A stretch of 64,000 bases of DNA from Eledone cirrhosa (GCA_964016885.1 OZ024740.1:411060001-411124000); one strand, 5' to 3'. Positions 12,844 through 26,635 are shown, numbered from the stretch's first letter. The notes: generated by a model from the letters alone, not told the origin. Made by a program: numbers and translations.

Positions 12844-13320
12844 CATATAAATATATATATATATATATATATACATGTACATATAAATAAGCATACATAC
12901 TGCTTTCACTGCAATGCGTTCCCTTGCGGACATTGTGTCAGTTCCTTTAGAAATACCACAGCTACGTTCGTGGTACAACATAGATGTGTTAATGGGTTAA
13001 CACAATGCTACAATAATAATTGTCTCATGGTAGAAGCCAGCAATCGGTTATAGACGGTTTGATAATCTCTTTGTAATTGTTGTTCAATTGTGCAACAACA
13101 AATAAGACGTGTAGATACTGCTTTCATTGTGCAACATCAATGAAACCAGTATCTACGCGTCTTATGCGTTTGTCATACAATTTATATCATTTCTAAATAT
13201 CGATTTCGATCGTTTTGTTGTATAATGATAGTATTTTATTACGGTGAAAGCTATGTTATATGAATTATAGAGTGTATCTCATACAGGATTTGATAAACAT
13301 ATATAATCATATTCGTTTTC

Positions 13321-13525
13321 TTGGCAGTAAAGGGTCGGACGACATGATTTGACGCATAGATTTACAGCCCTTGCTATTCTGAGTTCAAATCCGGCCGAGG
13401 TTAACTTTGTCTTTCATCCTTACGGGGTCGATAAAATAACGTACCGGTCACGCTCTGGGGTCGACTTAATCGACTTTCCCAGCCTCCAAAATTGCTGGCC
13501 TTGTGGCTATATAAGAAACCATTAT
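13321..13525 (+). mobile_element. SINE family 1, diverged
   Basis: gagttcaaatccggccgaggttaactttgtctttcatccttacggggtcgataaaat..gctggccttgtg. Confidence 0.82.
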
Positions 13526-13731
13526 TTCCCTGTATTCAGTCAATTCACTGTATCAAGGGATTTTAGACGATTATATCGATCGATTATATATATCCTAAGG
13601 CTGATGATTCTTTTATCGATCTCTATATATCGAACCCCTACCCAAATGTATATCAGCCCATCGTAAACCTAACACAAGCCGCAGATACGGGCACACACAA
13701 CAGACATACATATACAGATGTACACTCACAT

Positions 13732-13925
<194 letters not shown>

Positions 13926-14709
13926 GGATGCTTAGTAAAATCGATTCTTTGGCGGTGTGCAAGCAAATTCGACCTACTATATGAATGAGTTAGCAAAGCC
14001 TCGACAAGGTAGGTCCTTAGAGTAATAACATACGTTTAAATAGCTTGACAAATTGAACATTGTGGTAGGCACAATCCAACACACAATACCAAAGTAACGA
14101 AAGAAGTAACAGGTTGAGAAAAAATACACCTGGACAAATCAAACGTTATACGTTTAAAGTGTTTTTATGAATCCGAAATCAAATATCAGACTTACGTAAC
14201 TGGCAATCTCGTGGTATCCATGATCGAACAGAGGATTCAATTCATCAACTGGTTTTCGTTCTCCCAAAGAACGGGGCGAGATTCTAAATGTTGCCGCTAG
14301 CAGCAGCGAATCGTATATTTAGTTGTCACGTGTTATTTCCAGCAAGGGAAATAACCCCCGGTTTTTGGCGGGTCATTCAAAATGTTAGACAAAGGAAATA
14401 TTATAATTTCTGCTAACTTTCAAAATAAGCTCTCGACCAGATGTTATTAAACAAACACAAATAATTAACCAATCAACAGAATTGTCTAATTAAATTAATT
14501 AGTTAATTATTATATAAATATATATATTAATGAAAAAGAACAAAGGAACTATTATGATATTATAACAAGTTTATTGCCGACAGCCGTTTCGTCCGACCAT
14601 ATGGTGGGATTTTTCAAGGTGCTTCTACGAGATCCCAAGTCTTTTACTTTTAATGCGTAAATTATAAATTATCTAATTTTTAACCTTCAATCCCTGACTC
14701 ATAGGCCCT

Positions 14710-17011
14710 GAAAAACGGTAAGCGTAGCGGCTTCCAAACTAAGTTAGAATCACTAGTTAAATCGTTTAAGGACAGAAACTGTATACTCGTACCCTCGGAC
14801 AAGACTAAGAATATGTACAACCTGAGTTATGAAGAATACCGCGGATTCATATACAATGAGCTACATAAAAACTATAAAAAAACCACTGTAGGCAACCTAA
14901 ATGAGATTAACAGGGAGGCTAAAGTGATAGTAACGAACCTCGGATTAGAGAAATGCACACAACCTTACACCCCCCGACAACCAAGGTTCACATTGAAAGA
15001 TCGTAAGGAGCACTTTGCAAGTAGCCCCTCTGTCAGGCTCATTAGCCCCTCTAAATCTGACATAGGGATTATAAGTAAAAAAATACTAGATGAAGTCATA
15101 CCGAAAGTTAAGGACAGGATTAGCCTGGACCTATGGGGAAACACTGCAGAAGTGATAAAGTGGTTCTCAAGCATTAGCAACCACAAATCACTACGCTTCA
15201 TCCAGTTCGATATAGACTCCTACTATACGTCTATATCCCCCATACTACTGAATAAGGCGCTCATGATGGCAATGCGGCGGGCGGACTCACTAGATCCCAG
15301 ACTGACATAGTCCTTGTCGCTCGTAAAACAATTATCACATTTGAGGATGAATTGTGGACGCGCAAGAACACTCGTAACAACTTCGACATCACTATGGGGT
15401 CTAGTGACTCAGCACAGGTGACAGACCTCGTCGGATTGTACTTGCTCAAGGAGCTCAACGAGCAGTTCCCACACCTCAGAGGTGGGCTATACCGTGACGA
15501 CGCATTGCTTACTGTGGACTTTAAACGAAACAAACTAGAAAGAACTAGAAAGGACTTATATAAATTCTTCAAGAACTTTAACCTATCAATAATTATGGAT
15601 AGAAATGGTAAGGTAGTCAACTTTCTAGATGCCACACGAGACCTAGATAAGTTAGAATATACACCATACCATAAACCTAACGAGAGGCTGACATACGTCA
15701 ATGCCAACTCCAACCACCCAGGCTCAGTCCTCAAAGCAATAGTTAAGGGAGTATCTAGTAGGATTAGCGGACTATCTAGCAGCGTGACCGCATTTGAAGC
15801 GAACGGGGAGTATTACAATAAGGCGCTAGCTGGGTCAGGGCACAAAGATAGACACAGGCGGCACCACCCCACCACCCCAACCCAGCACTATAATCACGCA
15901 TAATATGTCCATGGGAGATGGAGGGAGTGCTAGAAAGACGAATAGGGACAATAGGAATTTAGTTAAGAACAACAACACTAGCAATGCAGACACGGATAGG
16001 GCCCACGCGCCTGGAAAGCACTACGCCGCCCCAAGCAAGTCCAACAGTGAAAACGAGGACCAGAGGCCTAGGAGACTCGAGACCAAAACACATACCACTG
16101 GGAGCCCAGCAACCACACCTGGTAGAACCCGTAATAATATAGATGAAGGGAGGGTAAGCAGCATAGGGGATAAGAAACGCAGTGGAAGGAATAGAAGACG
16201 TGATAGTACTTTCTTTAACCCGCCCTTCAACTCTAATGTTACTACAGACCTCCCCAAATCTTTTTTCTCTTTAATAGATAGGAACTTCCCCCCAGGTAGT
16301 AGGTACGGTAGTGTCATCAATAAGAATACTATCAAACTATCGTACTCAACAACCCCTGATCTGGCCTCACACCTAGCTAAGACCAATAAGAGTAAGATTA
16401 AAGAGGGACTTAAGGCCATCCGAAATAGTGAACCACGCCAGTACACACGACAACACGGGACCAACCCACTGAGTGAAAGACCCAGGGGGATAACAGGCAA
16501 TAAAACCGGTCCCACTAGGCAGCCCCGCGGCCGCTTGGAGGGACATGCACCCCTGATTGAGGAGCATGACCCTATTAGAAAGTGTAATTGCAGACGGAAG
16601 GGCAAATGCCCACTAGCTGGACACTGCCTTATTAGGAACGTAGTATATGCATGTAACGTAACCACAGACACGTATTCTAAGACGTATGTGGGATCAACCG
16701 CTAACCAGTTCAAGGCGAGATTCAACGCCCACCAGAATAGCTTCCGATATGAGAAGCTTAAAAATACCACGTCGTTAGCGGGGCACATACATAACTTAAA
16801 ACAAACAAAAACCCCCTACACACTAAGCTGGAGATGCCTTACTAAAGCTCCTCCATATAGCTCGTTGAGCAGGTTTTGTAGCCTGTGCCTAACTGAATCT
16901 CATGACATAGTATTCTCAGGACTCAACTTGCTCAACAGGAGATCAGAAATCTTCTCGTCCTGCCCCCACACTATACTTAGCTCTTTCTTTTTCTTCAGAC
17001 CGGACACATAG
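14710..17011 (+). pseudogene. Frameshifted PLE RT-GIY-YIG ORF
   Basis: PSDKTKNMY, LKDRKE, VRLISPSKSDIG, FIQFDIDSYY, MGSSDSAQVTDLVG, GLYRDDAL, FNPPF, CNCRRKGKCPLAGHC, NVVY..TYVGST..FKARFNAH, CSLC. Confidence 0.9.
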
Positions 17012-17202
17012 CCCTGACCCCACCCTGTCCCGCACATGGCTGCCCCGCTGGCGAATAGGGTGCTCTTTAGTAACCCCGGCCGCATTGATGCCTCGGCGCC
17101 TCGATTGCCGATGGGGACTCTGGTGAGGAACAGTCGACCCTGTGTCCCTATTGCCAACCTGGGATTGGTGACAGCATTGTTGCTGCGCACCCTAGGGGCA
17201 GC

Positions 17203-17460
17203 TGATGCCTGCGGTGTGGTACATTGTGAGTGCCTGGACCCACGTTGACTAATCTGGGGAGGTGCCGTCGGAGATGTATTTCAACAAATTCGGGAACTTG
17301 CCCAAGGAAACAGTAACAGAACACCCAATATGGATGCCTGCGGTGTGGGACATTGTGAGTGCCTGGACCCACGTTGACTAATCTGGGGAGGTGCCGTCGG
17401 AGATGTATGTCAACAAATTCGGGAACTTGCCCAGGGAAACAGTAACAGAACACCCAATAT
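17203..17460 (+). repeat. Tandem duplication (about 129 bp x2) in the PLE 3' region
   Basis: gatgcctgcggtgtgg...cagaacacccaatat occurs twice. Confidence 0.93.
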
Positions 17461-18419
17461 GGCGGCCGCTCCCTGCCTATAACCAATCACCCCCCCCTAA
17501 TAAACCCCCGCCCAAATAGATGCCCCTCCCCATTCTCCCCCACTCACTTCTTTTGAGTTAGTTCTTCTTTATTATTAGTGGTTCTTTTTGAGTTAGGGAT
17601 TTTTTTGTATATTACCACGGTTGACTTAATGGGCTTGGAGAGTTGACTCCCTTGATGTCTGACCACTCGATAAGTTAGAGGTTGTGCCCCTTGAGCAGGG
17701 GTGTGTCTAGCTGGTCTACCTGCTATCTGCTACTACCCGAGACTGGACACGGTCGTAGCCACAGGCCAGCGCGTGCGCGATAGCATGGAATATATATTTT
17801 CTGCTAGTCACCCCGTGTAATATGATACCCCAAGATTCCATGCATGAGATTCACCGAAGCATGCGCAATCTTAACCGGGAGATGACAAACAAACTTGAAA
17901 ATAACACAAGAGAGACCCTTTGGATAGCGTAGACGCCGGACCATACCCGCAAATATATACAGATCTGTCTTGAATATGCATGGCTGACGCAATATGGATA
18001 ACACGACCAACATCTATGCTGGAACCGACCCCTACAACAAACAAAGAGGGGACAGCCCTTCGCATTTGACCAGTCGCGTGTGTGCTTGGAGTTCGTAATA
18101 TACCACCCCAGTCAAATCCACACTGGTTTTTTTACCAATATAGCATGTAAACCAATACATCCTATGCGGCGAGACCTTGGATTTAGAACCGGCAGCGTGC
18201 AATCCCCGTAACTAAAAGATCGCACGGACCACACCCAGCAACTACTAGCTATTTGATCCACAGGTACATTTCCCAGAGAGTCCACGCAGCTGATAGTGAA
18301 TCCCAGTTGATTCGTGAACTCTGAACTTTTAAACAAGACCAAATGTGCCTGGAGCTATGCAGATGACTACATATGCATAATGGATATCGCGCCCACAAGG
18401 TCACCTGTATTGTTCATCC

Positions 18420-18668
18420 TGCTGTATGTGTGTAAAGTATCCGTGCGTGGGATATCCCTGAGTATATTTTCTTGACTATCAATTGTTAATTGATTGTTTG
18501 TTAATTAGGCAGGAGTATACCATTATGTCTTTGTTAATCATATGTGATGCTGTATGTGTGTAAAGTATCCGAGAGCGGGATATCCCTGAGCTAATTTTGC
18601 TTGACTCTTAATTGTTTATTGATTTTTTGTTAATTAGGCAGGAATATATTATTATGTCTTTGTTAATC
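18420..18668 (+). repeat. Tandem duplication (about 128 bp x2) in the PLE 3' region
   Basis: tgctgtatgtgtgtaaagtatccg...attatgtctttgttaatc occurs twice. Confidence 0.9.
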
Positions 18669-19766
18669 CTGTATCAATAATTTTATAGTAATTTTTTAAT
18701 CCTGTATCAATAGTTTTATGATAATTTTGTAATAATTTTATAATAATTTTATAATAATTTTGTGATAATGTTGTAATAAATTTTTGATAGTACATTATTA
18801 GATTACTGAAGCTACCTTATACCTTCTTAAAAATACATTTTATAATTATTGTCTTTTAAAAATACATTTTATAATTATTGTCTTTTTGCTTATGTATTTT
18901 CTTACTTATCATTTTCTTTAATCTTGCCCAACTTGATAAGCTCTTTGAATTGCTCCCTAATTAAATTACTTAAATTACTTAAATTATTTTATCTATTATA
19001 CCTAAGTTGTATCTGTTGAAGCAGCCCTTTGAAAATTCCTCGGATATCCCAAATACCGTAATTTTTAACTTTTAATTTATAATTTTCCTCAATTCGTTTA
19101 TATATATCCTTAAAGGTTCTCTAAAATTTTAATTCTTCGAAGGGTCTCTCGGAGGAGGTTCCTATTAAAAATATTAAAGGGGCCTTTTCTGAGGGGTTTA
19201 TTGAAGGCTTTTTGAATTAACCTTTAATTGATTAGTTTCTTTCAACTTAGTAGGGATTATCAAAACTTCGTAAATTTTCTGAAATTTTTTAACGTGATCT
19301 CTGGGGAAGAACGTTTTTTTCTTTCGAAAAAATGTTTTTTCTCTCGAAGGAACTTCTTAGGAAACTTTATATTTTTTTAGGGAAACTTTATATCTTTATT
19401 TTTTTATTTTATTAGTCTCTTAATCTCTTCTAGTTTGTTAAGTTTATTGGGGCTTGTAAGCTTTATGCACTTATTGAGGGATTTTTTAAGGTGCTTCTAC
19501 GAGATCCCAAGTCTTTTACTTTTAATGCGTAAATTATAAATTATCTAATTTTTAACCTTCAATCCCTGACTCATAGGCCCTTCTCAAATTCTCTTAACTC
19601 CCCATAACCCATCCCTTTTACAATTCCGACAACTAATATAAAAGAGCCCCCTTAGAATATAGACCCCAAATATACAAGCGGAGCTGCTGATGTATACCAC
19701 AATTTCAAACTGCTAGTCTTAAGTGATACGTTGATGTAAATAATGAACTTACAATCACATGTTATA

Positions 19767-19813
19767 TGCCTTGAAAAGTCCCACCATATGGTCGGACGAA
19801 ACGGCTGTCGGCA
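19767..19813 (+). ncRNA. Variant-core hammerhead motif in pLTR (inverted copy about 14575-14620)
   Basis: tgcc/ggca stem I, TTGAAAA core, stem II gtcc-c-accatatggt-c-ggac, GAAA, cggctg, TC. Confidence 0.7.
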
Positions 19814-19966
19814 ATAAACTTGTTATAATGTCATAATAGTTCCTTTGTTCTTTTTCATTAATATTTCTGGTCTGCTTATACGCATAGAGCTTAACTAGCT
19901 ACCGTCGCGTATTTGGTAGGTCAGACGTGGTCATCGCGATTCACATACGACCTACCATACATCTTG

Positions 19967-20061
<95 letters not shown>

Positions 20062-20857
20062 ATATTTATATATACATTGAAACTGCGTATACATCATACC
20101 ACAGCCCACTTCATGACTTTTCTTCCACCTTCTTAAGCTGTCATTTGACTTTCAAATATAATTAATGTATGTACATGTAGATATAATCTTGGTCCTAATT
20201 ATTTTCATTCTTTTATATTCTACCTTATATAATTATACTTTCTAATATTTGTTATTGAAACAATTAGTATCATTTCAAAGCTATGTGGTCAGGTTAGATT
20301 CATATAAACATACGCATTCATGATCCTACACGGCCATAGTAATATTCCAGGGTTGTACTCTACGTTAGCTGCTAAGGGAAAAGCTTTACGACGAGACGCT
20401 CGAGTGAAAACGTCCTGCCTATATACAAGGGTTAGTAAAATACGTGTAAAGTATTATTAATGTCCATACGAACTGGAACTATGGTACTACTGGATTTACC
20501 TCACGAATCATTGAAGTAGAATGCCCTATCCTCGAGCTACTGTCATACTCATAAGCAGAAACACAATTCCATTGTCTTGTGACAATAAAGGGGAGAAGGG
20601 AATCAATTAGGGATCCAGGCTAATGAAATCATATGATATGTTTCACCTCTTCTTTTGCTTCCAGAGAATTGTATCTTTACTTTTGTATATCACTCAGTAA
20701 TAATAGGGTTTTACTTTTTGTTTTCGATTCTATTTACTTTATATTCTTTTCCTTATTTTCTGTTGCGAATTTGGCCGATGTTGTAAATCTATTTACATCC
20801 CATCTAGTTTCTTTCGGTTGTAACACAGGTAATGAAAAGATCAGTTGCCTTGCCTTC

Positions 20858-21123
20858 ATTGTTGTTGTTGTTGTTGTTACAGCTCACACGTATGCAGATT
20901 TAGCTGGCCTCCCCTGGGGTATATCTCGTTGGAGATATCTTGAGTGATTTAATGATAGGGACCACAGTCCTATCATCTCATTTCTAAAGCTGAGTAAACT
21001 GGAGCAACGTGAAATAAAGTGTCTTGCTGAAGGAAACAACACATCACCTTGTCCGAGAATTGAACTCACAACCTTTCGATTGCAAGCCCAATGCTCTAAC
21101 CACTAAGCCATGCGCCTTCACAA
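20858..21123 (-). mobile_element. tRNA-derived SINE family 2, (AAC)n tail
   Basis: Minus strand: tggcttagtggttagagc (A box), gagttcaattctc (B box), (caa)n tail. Head and core shared with 24441-24782. Confidence 0.85.
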
Positions 21124-22565
21124 GTTCCCTTCGTTGGTCAATATTTGCCTAGTATATTGTTGTGCTGCACAATGTATCTTACAAGGCCCCTATAACATAT
21201 ATTTATTAGTTCGATTGCACACTTGGATGTTTCTTATGTTTATACATTTTCATTGAGTTTATAATGTTCTCTTCTAGTATCTTTATTGTTTCCTTGTAAT
21301 TAATTCAGCTTAGGCCGTTGCCGTGTGGTTCTGTTCTCATTGGGATATATATAAATTATCAAGTGACATTTTGTTCTGCTTGTTTATTCAGTCGAATGGT
21401 TCAATGGGAATTTCTACGGTGTTCATATGGATATTTTCTTCTCTCACTGTGTCCTTTTGATTTGCTTTATTGTTTTGCTGTTTCTTAAATGTAGAAGTTT
21501 CTAGTATTTTCTTTAATTTGTTTAGAGACTTCGCCCTTTCTGTATGTTGTCATCCCCGCTGTGCCGGTGTCTATTTCATTGATTAGTGGGTTCTGTTTTT
21601 AAAGTTTCATTGGTTTGTTGGACTTCATTTTTCTGAGTAGTCGGATGTTATTTAAAGTGTATTTTGTCTATATGTCTTTCTATTATTTTTTATTATAGTT
21701 CTTATTTTTCACTCAGTATTTCATCATTATTCTGCCAATAATTGTGTGTTAGACAGCAACTTTTTTCCCATTCGTACGGTTCTTGCTGTGTCTAGCAGAA
21801 ACGTTTTTCTTCCGCAGGACATACAGCCAATATTTTCCAATATTAATAGTGCAGACGGTTGACTCAACACCACCGATATGACCTAGTTAATTTTCATATT
21901 TTATATTTTTATATGTTTATCGACCTTCAGTCTGACACTGCTTTGACTGATACACTCCCTTCCCTGTATATATCACATATATGTATGTGGTTGCGCGTGT
22001 GTGTATGTTTATACGCGTGCGTCCTTTCATCCTTGTATGTGTATATATTTCAATCCTTAGTCTCTAAGTCTGTATGTACGCTAACTCTATTATCTTACAA
22101 TTTCTTTTTTCAACATATATTATATACGTATTTGTGGTCACACATACACTGATATGCTTGCCTTTATGTATGTACTTACACACACATTTTTTCACTATAC
22201 ACATGCATTTTTACATACACACATATGTACATTTGTAGGTGCATATACACAAATTTATACACATACCCTTACTATATTTCCTTATTTTATTTTTATATAT
22301 CTCTTGCATTACTTTTATTTATATTTTTTTGCCCGTTAAACTTTTGCCTTTCTTGAGGAGAATTTTTCAAATATTTCACTATGTTTTAAATTGCCTTGTG
22401 TGACGAATGAATGAGGACGTTTCTTGTATTCGTCTTATTCGGGAAACCCCTGGTAATGAGGTAATTACATTGTATTGTTTATTATACATTAAATTTAGCT
22501 CTGTAACTTACATAGAGTACTCTTCACTCCTATGACTTTTTCAATTTTCAACAGAAACTTCAATA

Positions 22566-22656
<91 letters not shown>

Positions 22657-22775
22657 GATAAATCAAATGAATTTAATCTAAATCAATATTATGGGTGTCA
22701 TGCCAGAAAGACATGCGCCATATCACCCGCAAAATAAGCTCTAAGATTCTAACGAGTAGGTGCGAGCATTTTATA

Positions 22776-22874
22776 ATAACTAGAAATTGATTAACATATA
22801 AATAAACATGAATAATCACAGGAGATTATCTCCTGTGATTATTCATGTTTATTTATATGTTAATCACTTTCTAG

Positions 22875-22878
<4 letters not shown>
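22776..22878. repeat. Near-perfect hairpin, 50-bp arms, 3-nt loop, next to (TA)n
   Basis: ataactagaaattgattaac...cacaggaga-tta-tctcctgtg...ttctagttat. Confidence 0.92.
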
Positions 22879-22932
<54 letters not shown>

Positions 22933-23670
22933 TCAGTGAGAGAATCATCCTGTTGCGGGTCTTTGCCACAAGTGACGTCAGTGAGATCCGCCTGTAGTTG
23001 TTGGTGTTAGAGAGGTCTCCCTTCTTTGGCACTGGGACGATGTTACTGATCCTCCACTGATTCGGGGCAACTCCCTTCTCCAGTGCCTGGTTACAGAACC
23101 CCAGGATGATATCATCAAAATCACACCTCTTCATCACCTCTAATGCCACTCCATCTTCTCCATGAGCCTTGCCCTCCTTGATCTTCTTATTGACTCTCTG
23201 AAGCTCCTGTCTGGTGAAGGGCTCTGTCTCAAGATCCACCTATTCATTGCTGTAGTGGAGTCTGTGCTGCTGTACGGGTCTGAGATTTGGACACTGACCA
23301 AGAAATTCGCTCAGATGGTGGATGGGTGCTACACGAGAATGCTGAGGATGGCTCTGAACATTAATCAGTATACACTGAGGATGAAGAACTCAGAGTTGTA
23401 CGGGAACCTCACAAAAGTCAGCTCAAATGTGACACAGAGGAGCCTGAGGTGATCTGGACATGCTCACCGGCATCCAGAGTTGACACTGCACTCAGTGCTC
23501 CTGTGGGAGCCCCTACATGGACACACTGGAAGATGAAGACCAAGGTTAACGTATGTTGATGCCCTAAGGACAGACACTGGTCTCTTGGAGACGCAGCACA
23601 TGGCAGCGATAATGAGGGACAGAGACCGTTGGAGAGAACTCGTCTATGGAACTCGGGAATTTTACCCTCC
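22933..23670 (+). mobile_element. RTE-clade LINE fragment with inverted 5' segment
   Basis: Minus 23239-22933: GKAHGEDGV..VPVPKKGDLSNTNNYRRISL. Plus 23228-23650: VLLYGSEIW..DGCYTRMLR..GH..LLWEP. Confidence 0.85.
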
Positions 23671-23720
23671 CTATATATATAAATATGCATATATATAAAA
23701 GTTTTAGTCCTGTAGAATCT

Positions 23721-23811
<91 letters not shown>

Positions 23812-23826
23812 ATATATATATGTTGT

Positions 23827-23967
23827 TATGCTTTGGGAGGGTCATGTTGCCAATAAGAAACACAAGCACCAGTTGCTTTCACTTCAATTTATTATAACAA
23901 AGCATAACAATATCGGTTTCAACACACGTTTTCAGATAAAGACTCTTGCTAAACAAATTCAGAAACG

Positions 23968-24004
<37 letters not shown>

Positions 24005-24038
24005 TATGATATATATATATATATCAAATTCAGAAATG

Positions 24039-24099
<61 letters not shown>

Positions 24100-24241
24100 T
24101 CATTTCTGAATTTGTTTAGCAAGAGTCTTTATCTGAAAACGTGTGTTGAAACCGATATTGTTATGCTTTGTTATAATAAATTGAAGTGAATGCAACTGGT
24201 GCGTGTGTTTCTTATTGAAAACATGACCCTCCCAAAGCATA
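23827..24241. repeat. Inverted duplication of a rearranged PLE-A end, centred on (TA)n
   Basis: 23827-23970 is the reverse complement of 24098-24241. Confidence 0.9.
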
Positions 24242-24626
24242 GGTCCCTATCATTCCACTGTAAAGTGGTCGTGGAGGTGCCACAGCAAAAAAGCATCCAG
24301 CACTCACTGTAAATGAGGTTGGTGTTAGGAAGGGCATCCAGCTGTAGAAATCAAGCCAGAATCCTTTCCCGTCCCACCCTTGCAAGCAGGGAAAAGCAGA
24401 CGTAAAATGAAATGATGATGATATATATATATATATATATCATCATCATCATCATTTCATTTTACGTCCGCTTTTCCCTGCTTGAAAGGGTGGGACGGGA
24501 AATGATTCTGGCTTGATTTCTACAGCTGGATGCCCTTCCTAACACCAACCTCATTTACAGTGAGTGGTGGGTGCTTTTTTGCCGTGGCACCTCCACGACC
24601 ACTTTACAGTGGAATGATAGGGACCT
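24241..24626. repeat. Inverted duplication of the SINE-2 3' half, centred on a short (AT)n
   Basis: 24241-24420 is the reverse complement of 24447-24626. Confidence 0.92.
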
Positions 24627-24782
24627 CAGTCCTATCATCTCATTTCTACAGGCGAGTAAACTGGAGCAATGTGAAATAAAGTGTCTTGCTCAAGGAAACA
24701 ACACATCACCCGGTCAGAGAATTGAACTCACAACATTTCGATTGCAAGCCCAATGCTCTAACCACTAAGCCATGTGCCTCCA
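24441..24782 (-). mobile_element. tRNA-derived SINE family 2, (ATG)n tail
   Basis: A and B boxes, ccttgagcaagacacttt core, ggcatccagctgtagaa, gacgtaaaatgaaatgatgatg tail. Confidence 0.88.
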
Positions 24783-24796
24783 TACATCATTAACAA

Positions 24797-24912
<116 letters not shown>

Positions 24913-26046
24913 ATGAAGTTGGAAATAGCACGTGAGATATATTTAAGGGTTTGTTTTTCTTTTTTGATTCGTCAAAGTGACATTATTGACAAGATAATAT
25001 TATTAAAAAATGAGAGGGACAATTCTTCTTTAAAACAATTTTTATGATGTATATAAAGTATATGAAGAATTACCGGTTTCGATGTGTTATTAACATCTAT
25101 CTTATCAAATGTTGAGTGTAAAAAATTAAAAAGAGTTGATAGGAGTTAAAAACGAAAGGTTTAAAATTAAAATCAAAATCAAATGTTTGAATAAATTTTC
25201 TTCCATCCTTCTTGCTGAAAGGTTGGTTGGAAATGAAAACGTTACTTGTTTATCTGCAAGGGAGGACGCTGTGTCTTGAAGAATATCCTGTAATGAATTG
25301 TTAATCGAGTGGTCAAAATTTGAAAAGGTGATAGGGGATTGTAAGTTAAAGCTGAATTCTGTAGGAGTAGTAGTAGGATTGTATGTGTACATATATATAT
25401 AGAGAGAGTGAGGGTGTATGTCAACAGTACACACATGTGAGTGTGTGTGTTTTTTTTTCAGTTTGTCTGACACCGTCTCTTTAGTGTATGTATGTGTTGG
25501 GTTGTTGTGTGTGTTTGTGTGTGTCTTTTTCAGCCCGTCTGTCACAGGTACTTTTGTGGAGGGAAATTAAGAAACATTTTTTTCTCTTCAAAATTCAAAA
25601 AATTGTCAAAATTTGAAAACTAAAATCCAAAGGATTCTCAGGATCCTAAAGTTTAAAAATTAAAAAAAACTTTTCTAAAAAAATTCTAAAAAATTTTTTT
25701 TAAATCCTCAAAAAAAAAAAAAAAATGTTTCCCTCTCTAAAGGACTTCCTTAACAAAGGCCTGAGTATCACTAGCAGTAACTTCTGCAATGAATAATTTG
25801 TTTCTCTTCTTTTGAAACGAAACACAGTGTGTGTATATATAAATAAATACACACACACACATGGAATTAAGCAACATTTTTTTCTACAAAATTCAGAAAA
25901 CTGTCAAAAGTTAAGAACTAAAATCCAAAGGATTCTCAGAATCCAAAAATTTAAACATTAGACACGAATTTTTTAAACAAATTCTTTAAAGAATGCCAGA
26001 GTATCAGTAGCAGTAGCTTCTGGGTAATTGTTTCCTCTTATTTTGT

Positions 26047-26085
<39 letters not shown>

Positions 26086-26635
26086 GTATATATGTATGTA
26101 TATATGTATTGTTATAAACATTATCACTAGCCCCGCGTAATTCAGAATATAGAACTACATGGAATGTTATACAATAATATTTATATATGTCAAATATACA
26201 TATATCAAGCGATCGTACTGTAAACAAGTGATTACACCAAAGCTAAGTAACTGTGTTCGAATACTGCATACATGTATATCCTGAAATTCACCGGACTCCT
26301 AGTTTCTACTTTAATAACTTATTACTACCGAATCAGTGAAGCTAATAGTTGCTTATATATAGATTATTAAATAAATTCATGAATTTATGTAAATCTATGT
26401 TAAAACAATTACATGCTTTTGTATGTTATACTGTTGAAGGCTTTAATAAAAAGTAAATAGTTAGAAATTCAAGTGAATACATTTAAACAGTTCCGACTAC
26501 TGTTTCCTGTTATTATATTTATATAATGGGGTTTGTGTGGATTGCTTAACATATGATACTTAGGGAATTATTTCATTATTACTAAAGAGAGTCACCTGCA
26601 TGAAGAACGTTTTATTAATTACAGGCTACTTTGAG

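Larger units (their letters stand above)
14523..19864 (+). mobile_element. Large 5'-truncated PLE (RT + GIY-YIG, about 2.8-kb 3' region) with inverted 5' terminus
   Basis: ORF pieces 14813-15310, 15352-15903, 15905-17011. 14523-14619 is the reverse complement of 19769-19864. HHR at 19767-19813. Confidence 0.9.

Noticed and set aside
16021-16788. 255-aa antisense ORF; also the antisense ORFs within Tx1 ORF2
   Set aside because: Shadow ORFs of GC-richer coding strands with no recognisable motifs.
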